A stretch of DNA of 64,000 nucleotides, taken from the human T2T-CHM13v2.0 reference genome, Homo sapiens. The stretch lies in the NCBI RefSeq assembly GCF_009914755.1, contig NC_060940.1. One strand, 5' to 3'. The notes beneath the pieces are model-generated. The model was not told the origin of the DNA, searched no databases, and worked only from the letters and a program-made list of their open reading frames with translations. This document shows positions 56,971-64,000 of the stretch, piece by piece; within the stretch, counting starts at the first letter, position 1, and every line of letters begins with the position of its first letter. Position numbers and translations under genes: made by a program.

Positions 56971-57892
56971 GTGGGCTAGTCTTAAAATAGAAGCTTCTTA
57001 GAGCCTCTCACTCAGCTGGATTTCAGAACCAAGTCATAGTGACCTTCCAGCCAGGAAAGCATCAGAGTCACACTCACTAAAAGAAATTTTGAATGCCCTT
57101 GATAATAGCATAAGCTGAGTCTGTAGGAGTCTTGCAAGCACCCAAGAAGGATGGACTCCATATTTTCCATCAGGCTGAGAATGGAGAAAAGGTATGGGAA
57201 GGTAGAGAAAGGCAAAAGAAAGGCAGAAAGCTTAAGAAGAATTCCAAGACAACTTGAAAAAAAAAATGAAAGAACCTGAAATTTTTGAGTGTAAGAAATA
57301 CCCAGTTAAGAAAAAGAAAATCACATTACTTAATCTCAAACTTCAATGAATATTCAGACATGATTGAGGGAGCTTAATGTTCCAGATGTGGGCTTGAATT
57401 TTTTTTTTTTAATTTTACTGTTTTGTTTGTGAAATTGTGGAGGTAAATATAGAAGAGAATTCTGTGCAAGCATTTTAGGTTCAATCAATGAAAATCTTGC
57501 AGGAACTCTTCCAGAGAATAAAAAAGTAGGGAATACTTCCAAACTACTTTAATGAGACCTGCATAACCTTGATTCCAAAACCCACAAAGGACCTTATGAA
57601 AAAATAAAAATTAAATAGTGATATATCTTATAAACCTATGTGAAAAAAAATCCTTTAAAATACTAGCAATTCAAATCTAGTGATATATAAAAACATGTAT
57701 TACAACAAACTGAGGCTTATTCCTGGTGAGGACTAAGCTCTGTTTTTTTCTTATCTTGCCCAAATATCCAAGGGGTCTGGGGAGTCATGCTCTTGTGAAC
57801 TCCAAAAATCTGAGACAAGTCTTAGTTAATTTAGAGAGTTTATTTCGCCAAGGTTGAGGATGGACACCTGTAACACAGCCTCAGGAGGTCCT

Positions 57893-58431
57893 TGTTAGAC
57901 ATGAGTTCTAAATTTCTCTTCAAAGAATCAATATGTCAATATGTTCAATTCTTTGCCTTCTACTTTTAAACTTAACTTCCTCCTAAAGCAACCTTTTTCA
58001 ATCACCTGCTCCACCCTGACTCATTCCGATTACCTGCTCCACCCTGACTCATTCCGATTATCTGCTCCACCCTGACTCATTCCAATTACCTGCTCATTCT
58101 CCACCCTGACTCATTCCAATTTCCTGCTATGCCATAACCATTTTTCCCACCAAACCACTCACCTCGTCACTCTCTTTAAATTAGCCAATCAGAAATGGTT
58201 TAGCCTGTGTGGTCTAACCCTAGCCAATAGGGGAATGACACAGCTGCAGGAGCCACATGTCCGGAATAAGAACCCCTTCCCCTCCCTTGTCCAGGTGTGT
58301 GCTCACCATTGCTCCATCTGTGAGGGCACACCCTTCTATAGAAATAAATTGCCTTGCTGAGAAGAAATAAGAAAGAAAATCTTACATTCGAGTGCTATTT
58401 CTTTTGCAGCACCAAAACTTTATTTCTAACA
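57893..58431 (+). mobile_element. LTR10 (LTR10F-like, HERV-I) solo LTR with internal 28-bp VNTR
   Basis: tgttagacatgagttctaaatttctcttcaaagaatcaatatgtc...tttctaaca; exact TSD tcct at 57889-57892 and 58432-58435. Confidence 0.85.
58004..58121 (+). promoter_or_regulatory. Tandem repeat of acctgctccaccctgactcattcc(g/a)att carrying four AP-1 sites
   Basis: TGACTCA at 58017, 58045, 58073 and 58107. Confidence 0.8.
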
Positions 58432-59689
58432 TCCTGGTGACATGTGCCCAAGGTGGTTAGAACACAGCTTGGTTTTATACATTTTAGGGAGACAAGAGAT
58501 GTCAATTAACATATGTAAAATGAACATTGGTTCATTCCAGAAAGGCAGAACAACTCGAAGCAAAGGCAGGACAACTCAAAGTGGGGAAGGGGCTTCCAGG
58601 TCACAGGTAGGTGACAGACAAACAGTTGCATTCTTTTGAGTTTCTGATTAGCCTTTCCAAAGAAGGCAATCATATATGCATTTATCTCAGTGAGCAGAGG
58701 GATGACTTTGAATAGAATGGGAGGCAGGTTTGCCTAAACAGTTCCCAGCTTGAATTTCTCTTTAGCTTAGTGGTTTTGGGGGCCCATGATATTTCCCTTT
58801 CACACCCTACAAACCATAAATTCTCATCAGATGGGTTTTATTTAACCCTCTATATCATGACTTCCTTTCTAATCTGACTCTAGCGTAACATACGTGACAA
58901 AGAAGAAAACAAAATATTTTACCCCAAAACATGTTTCTTTGCCATATTTTGAAATGGCCCTGCAAAGCCATCCTTTGTGGGGGGAAATTTACGTCTGTAA
59001 AGAATCTCTATTAACATAGCTAGATTTTTTTCTTCCAGGAACTCCCCATCCTGAAGAGATTAACTGAAAGTCTAGCACCTTTTAAAGGCTTGAATAGAAA
59101 ACATTTGCCATCTATTGTCTCTAAGGGCAGCCACTATGAGACTTCAAAAGAAACTTGGTCTCCACAATCTTTTATCTTAACCTGAACATTTCCATTCTAT
59201 TGATCCCAGGTCTTTAGACAGACTCAACCAATTGTGAACCAGAAAATGTTTAAATTTACCTATAGCCTGGAAGCCCCCACACACCCCCACACCACCATCC
59301 CTGCTTCAAATTGTCCCACCTTTCTGGACCAAACCAATCTATTTCTCAAATGTGTTTGATCAGTGTCTCATGCCTCCCTAAAATGCATAAAACCAAGCTG
59401 CACCCCAACCACCTTGGGCACATGTTCTCTTGACCTCCTGAGGGCTGTGTCACAGGCCATGGTCACTCATTTTTGGCTCAAAATAAATCTCTTTGAATAT
59501 TTTACAGAGTTTGACTCTTTTTGTCAACACTGGTATGCAAGGTTTGTTTAATATTTGAAAATCAATCAGTGTGGTTTACCACATAAAAAATGCCTAGCTT
59601 AATACAAAAAACTCAAGCAATTATAATTTTGGCTTTTTTTAATTAAATTTTTTTCAAAATATAAGTGCTTATAAGAGCACTAATGGAAT

Positions 59690-61526
59690 TTTGCTTCCAG
59701 TTAGGACATAGAAGCTTTTAAAAGCTCACACTCTAACAACAACAACAACAAAAAAAAAAATAGTGGATAGACTTCTAAAAATTATATATATATAAAGCTA
59801 TCAAAGAACTATGGACACAGAGAAACCTAACTGAGCTAAATTCCACAGAGGGAACAAGTTATTCCTAAATGAGTACAGATAAATATATATGAGTGCAGTT
59901 ATATCTTTGGGAGAAGTTGCCAAGTTAAGGTCAAAAATAGGTAAAAGGATTAGCCTATCAGAGGCAGAGGAGTTGTGCAGGGACAAGGAAAAATCACCTA
60001 AACTTCTAAAGTCAAATGTGGTTTAGCCTGGCAGGTCGAAATCCGGAAAAATGCCAAATACAGCCTTCTGGTCCCTGCCTGCCAATTCTCTTCCACAGGA
60101 GTTTTTCTGAGTAAGTAGTAGCACTGAGAAGCTGAGGGAAGGGCTAGAAAACAGAAAGAAATTTTGTATATTCACAATGCTCATCTATCAAAGCCCCAGA
60201 GAAGTGAGGGACTTGTTTCTACACCTTTGAGACATTTGAAACCAGAGGTCAATCATAACTAACCAAAGGCTCAACCCTTCCTCAGCTTAATTTCTGCTTA
60301 AATTGATCAGATCAGACCTGTTTTCAATATCGGTATGAAATAGAAAAAAAAAATTGGAATCATAAAGAAACAAGAAAATGTGACCCATAATCAAAAGACA
60401 AGTAAGGTCAATAGAATCAGTTCCCATAAATGACAAAAATATTGGTATAACAGACAAGAACTTTAAGGTGATTACTATGAGCACATTTAAAAATTTAGAG
60501 GGGAAATTGGACAAAATAAATGGAAATATGAAGAATTTCAGTAGAGAAATGAAAACTCTACAAGAAACCAAATAAAAATTCTAAAGCTAAAAAATACAAC
60601 ACATGAAATAAAAAATTATTTAAATGTGCTTAACAGCAAACTAGACAAAGTCGAAAATAATTATTAGTGAACTTGAAAACAAGGTAATATCAAATAGTCA
60701 ATCAGAAGCACAAAGTGAAAAGAAGAAAATAAGAAAAATAAAAGCATCAACAACCTAAAGTATAATATAAAATGATCTAACATATGTGTAATTGAAATCC
60801 AAAAGAGCAAAGAAAGAGAACAATGTTGCACAACTATTTGAGGAGGTATTGGCTGAAAAACTGATAAAAGACATCAAACTGCATATCTGAGAATCTCAAC
60901 ATATCTCAAGCAAGATGAATACCAATTTAAATACAAATTTAAAAATCACTCCTTAGTATATTATAATAAAATGCTAAAACTAAGGCTTAAAAAACTTTGC
61001 CAAAAGCCAAAGAATAAAAGACACATTGGATTGTAGAAAAAAAGCAATAAGAATGGTGTCTATTTTTGTTAGAAAAAATAGAAACCAAAAGATGAAAAAC
61101 TGATGAAAGAAAAATAAGTGTTTTTCAAAATGTTAGAGAAAGAATATTTTTAGAAAATATTATTCAAAAATGAAGACAAAAATAATAAAATATGCAGAGA
61201 AAAGAAAGCTGGGAGAATGTTTTACCAGCAGACCCACACTGTAAGGAATAATAGGCTGGGCGTGGTGGCTCACACCTGTAATCCCAGCACTTTGGGAGGC
61301 CAAGGCAGGCGGATCATGAGGTCAGGAGTTCAAGACCAGCCTGGCCAACATAGTGAAACCCCATCTCTACTAAAAGTACAAAAAATCAGCCAGGCGTGGT
61401 GGCAGGTGCCTGTAGTCCCAGCTACTTGGGAGGCTGAGGCATGAGAATCGCTTGAACCTGGGAAGCAGAGGTTGCAGATTCCACTACTGCACTCCAGCCT
61501 GGGAGACAGTGCAAAACTCTGTCTCA

Positions 61527-61562
<36 letters not shown>

Positions 61563-62340
61563 TAATAAATGATGTTTTTAGAGGATGTGGGTGACATCGA
61601 AGAAAATGATGGAGTAGGGAACTCCAAGGCCCCATTTCCCCACAAAAACAGTAAATATACTAGCAAAAATGTCAGAATAAACTTTATCTGAACACTGGAA
61701 AGTAATAAAATCTTTACAATAATCAAACATTTACTGCAGAAAAAAGTTGCCGAACCTCAACAGAGGAGTTTAGTGGCATTTTTGGCACCCTCTTCCACTC
61801 TTTAGTTCCATGGCAGTTTTGAAGGTGGTAGCCTACAATGCAAGACAAATGCATTAGCTACTGCCTCCTGGGACAAAGAATAGATCCCAGTGGAAAAAAG
61901 AGTCCCTTGTTGTGAATCCTTGGGGGAAACAATAAACTTACCAAAAAGCTTGGGAGGAAAGATGGGAAGTGAGTTACTTTAAGGGATAAGAGCTTTGAAA
62001 GTTCTCACATATTCCTGGGAATCTAGAAGACCACGTGCTTGCCAAAAGTAGAGAGCACATTCAGAAAAAACCTGTAAGAGCCCTAAGCTCTCACATCTGG
62101 CTGACCTTCAGACTCTGCCCAAACAGAAAGTTAAGGCTAAGGCAGAGATGTAAATTGTCCAGCTCAGTGTTGAAGGCTTGCCTTAAGACACACACAGAGT
62201 ACATTTGCAAAGATTGGACTAATTTGGTTGTTTTTTTTTCCCCCAGGAATTCAAAGAAATCTCTGTCAAATTACTACGTGACTACTAAGCTAACCAAAGA
62301 CTTAAATGTCCACAATAACAAATAACAAAGTTTCAAAAAG
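59690..62340 (+). mobile_element. Old L1M 5'/ORF1-region remnants (several fragments)
   Basis: A-rich, with degenerate ORF1-like text (agaaaatgtgacccataatcaa, tagtgaacttgaaaac, ctaacatatgtgtaattgaaatcc). Confidence 0.65.
61254..61560 (+). mobile_element. AluSg-like element
   Basis: ggctgggcgtggtggctcacacc...ggatcatgaggtcaggagttcaagacc; A tail. Confidence 0.95.
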
Positions 62341-62344
62341 TGTG

Positions 62345-63608
62345 TTTATGAACTCCAACCTATGAGAGGAGCTGCATGGGCTGTGTCCAGCAAATCCACG
62401 GGGGGCAGTACTGCCCAAAGCGTGGGAGCCCAGCCCTCACACCAGTGTGTTTTGGATTTGGCACACGGAGTCAAAGGAGATTATTCCGGAGCTTTCAGAT
62501 GTAACATCTCCCCTGACAGACTTTTGACTTGTATGGAGCCTGTTACTACTTTATTTTCTCAGTCTTTTGCAGTGAAAATGTCTACCATTATATCTTGGAA
62601 GTGCCTGTGCTACCATTGTTATCTTGGAAGCAAATAACCTGTTGCTTTTTTTGTTTGTTTGTTATTTTACAAGCTCATAGCTGGACTTTGGATTTAAAAA
62701 TTTGCGCTAGAACAAGTTAAGATATTTAGCACTATTTGGATAGAATGATTGTATTTTACACGTGAGAAGAACATGAGTTTGGGGGATCCAGAAGTGGAAT
62801 GCTATGGTTTGGATGTAGTTTGCTTCCACCAAAACTCATGTTGAAATTTGATCCCCAATATGGCAGCATTTGAAGGGGGGCCTGGTGGGAGATGTTTAGG
62901 TCATGGGTCCCTTATGAACAAATTAATGCCCTCCTGAGAGGATGAGTGAGACCTCACTCTCATGGGAATGGATTAGTTCCTGAGAGAGAGGAGAACCTGA
63001 TGTTCAAGACGAGTTTAGCTTCCTCAGTTTCTGTATTAGTCTGTTCTCATGCTGCTAATAAAGACATATCTGAGACTAGGTAATTTATAAAGGAAAGAGG
63101 TTTAATTGACTCACAGCTCCACATAGCTTAGGAGGCCTCACAATCATGGTAAAAGGTGAATGAGGAGCAAAGTCACATCTTACATGGTGGCAGGCAAGAG
63201 AGAGAGCATGTGCAGGGGAACTCTCCTTTATATAACCATCAGCTCTCTGAGACTTGTTCACTATCATGAGAACAGCCTGGGAAAGACCTACCCTCATGAT
63301 TCAGTTACTTCCCACTGGGTCCTTCCCATGACATGTGGGTAGTATGGGAGCTACAGTTCAAGATTTGGGTAGGGACACAGCCAAACCATATCATTTCTCT
63401 CTTGCTTCCTCTCACCATGTCTTCTCTTTGTACATGCCTGCTCCTTTTCCACCTTCTCCATGAGTGGAAGCAGCCAGAGGTCCTCATCAGATGCAGCTGC
63501 TCAATCTTGAACCTTCAAGCCAGCAGAATCATGAGCCAAATAAACTTCTTTTCTTTATAAATTGTGCAGTATTAAGTATTCTGTTACAGCAACACTAAAT
63601 GGACTAAG
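62345..63608 (+). mobile_element. MaLR (MST-type) internal 3' fragment plus LTR, interrupted by a THE1 LTR
   Basis: ggagtcaaaggagattatt...gaagtggaatgctatggtttggatg...taaatggactaagaca. Confidence 0.75.
63032..63393 (-). mobile_element. THE1-type solo LTR nested antisense in the MST LTR
   Basis: tgtattagtctgttctcatgctgctaataaagacata...gggacacagccaaaccatatca. Confidence 0.9.
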
Positions 63609-64000
63609 ACATCATCAGAGGGATGGGGACACTGAGTGTTAGGGTGGGGTAAGGCTGGGGCCAGAACCCAGGTTCCTGACTCTTGGCCAGTGTCTTTCTC
63701 CATATAAATGGTAGAGGTTTCTCACTTTCCTCTGCCAGGGTGGAGAGCTTCACAATCTGACAGGCACTGTAGACTAAAGGGTACATCCATTATCTCATTT
63801 AATCCTCATGACAACACTGCAAGGAGGGTTTAGCCTCATTTTAAATATCACAAAACTGCTTTAGAAAAGTTATTATCTTGTGTAAGGCCCTGAATACTGA
63901 ATGGCAGAGTCAGCATTTGAAAGTAAAACTTTATAAGGAAGTCCATGCCTTTAACTCTTACTTTACCTACCTGAGGAGAGTAGTGTTTGTCCTAAGGAAT

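Larger units (their letters stand above)
57794..58804 (-). mobile_element. MER4A-like ERV1 LTR nested antisense in the outer LTR
   Basis: tg...ca ends (tgtgaactcc...ctttcaca); TSD ctct/ccct; contains the reverse complement of motifs found in the outer LTR (cacagcctcaggaggtc, acatgtgcccaaggtggt). Confidence 0.75.
57727..59529 (+). mobile_element. MER4-group ERV1 solo LTR (outer), inserted in L1 ORF2 remnant, TSD ctgg
   Basis: Starts tgaggactaagctctg, ends ttgtcaaca; ctgg at 57723-57726 and 59530-59533; L1 text ...ttattcctgg|tatgcaagg... rejoins across it. Confidence 0.8.

Noticed and set aside
58004-58121. 28-bp direct repeats as a CRISPR-like array
   Set aside because: No unique spacers, eukaryotic context; it is the internal VNTR of an LTR10

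Overview
Primate, almost certainly human, genomic DNA from the carboxylesterase cluster (16q12.2 by gene content). The window holds the complete, intact 13-exon coding sequence of CES5A (carboxylesterase 5A/cauxin) on the minus strand. Its ATG is at 42248 and its stop at 13434; all introns are GT-AG; the spliced CDS is 1728 nt = 575 aa, with catalytic triad motifs GESAG, NNHECG and ADHADE. At the far left edge are the first coding exon and GC-box promoter of CES1, also on the minus strand. That exon encodes MWLPALVLATLAASAAW rather than the canonical MWLRAFILATLSASAAW, i.e. the CES1P1-derived gene-converted (CES1VAR-type) exon 1. The rest is intronic or intergenic DNA rich in Alu, L1, MaLR/ERVL/ERV1 LTRs and MER DNA transposons. 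Best second-look items: the converted CES1 exon 1; a ~1 kb 13-bp minisatellite upstream of CES5A with ~30 metal-response-element cores; a four-level nested L1>LTR>LTR>LTR10 stack with four tandem AP-1 sites; a uORF whose stop overlaps the CES5A start codon; and a consensus CTCF site between CES5A and CES1. I found no convincing new protein-coding system. Repeat subfamily names come from recalled consensus sequences and their boundaries are approximate.
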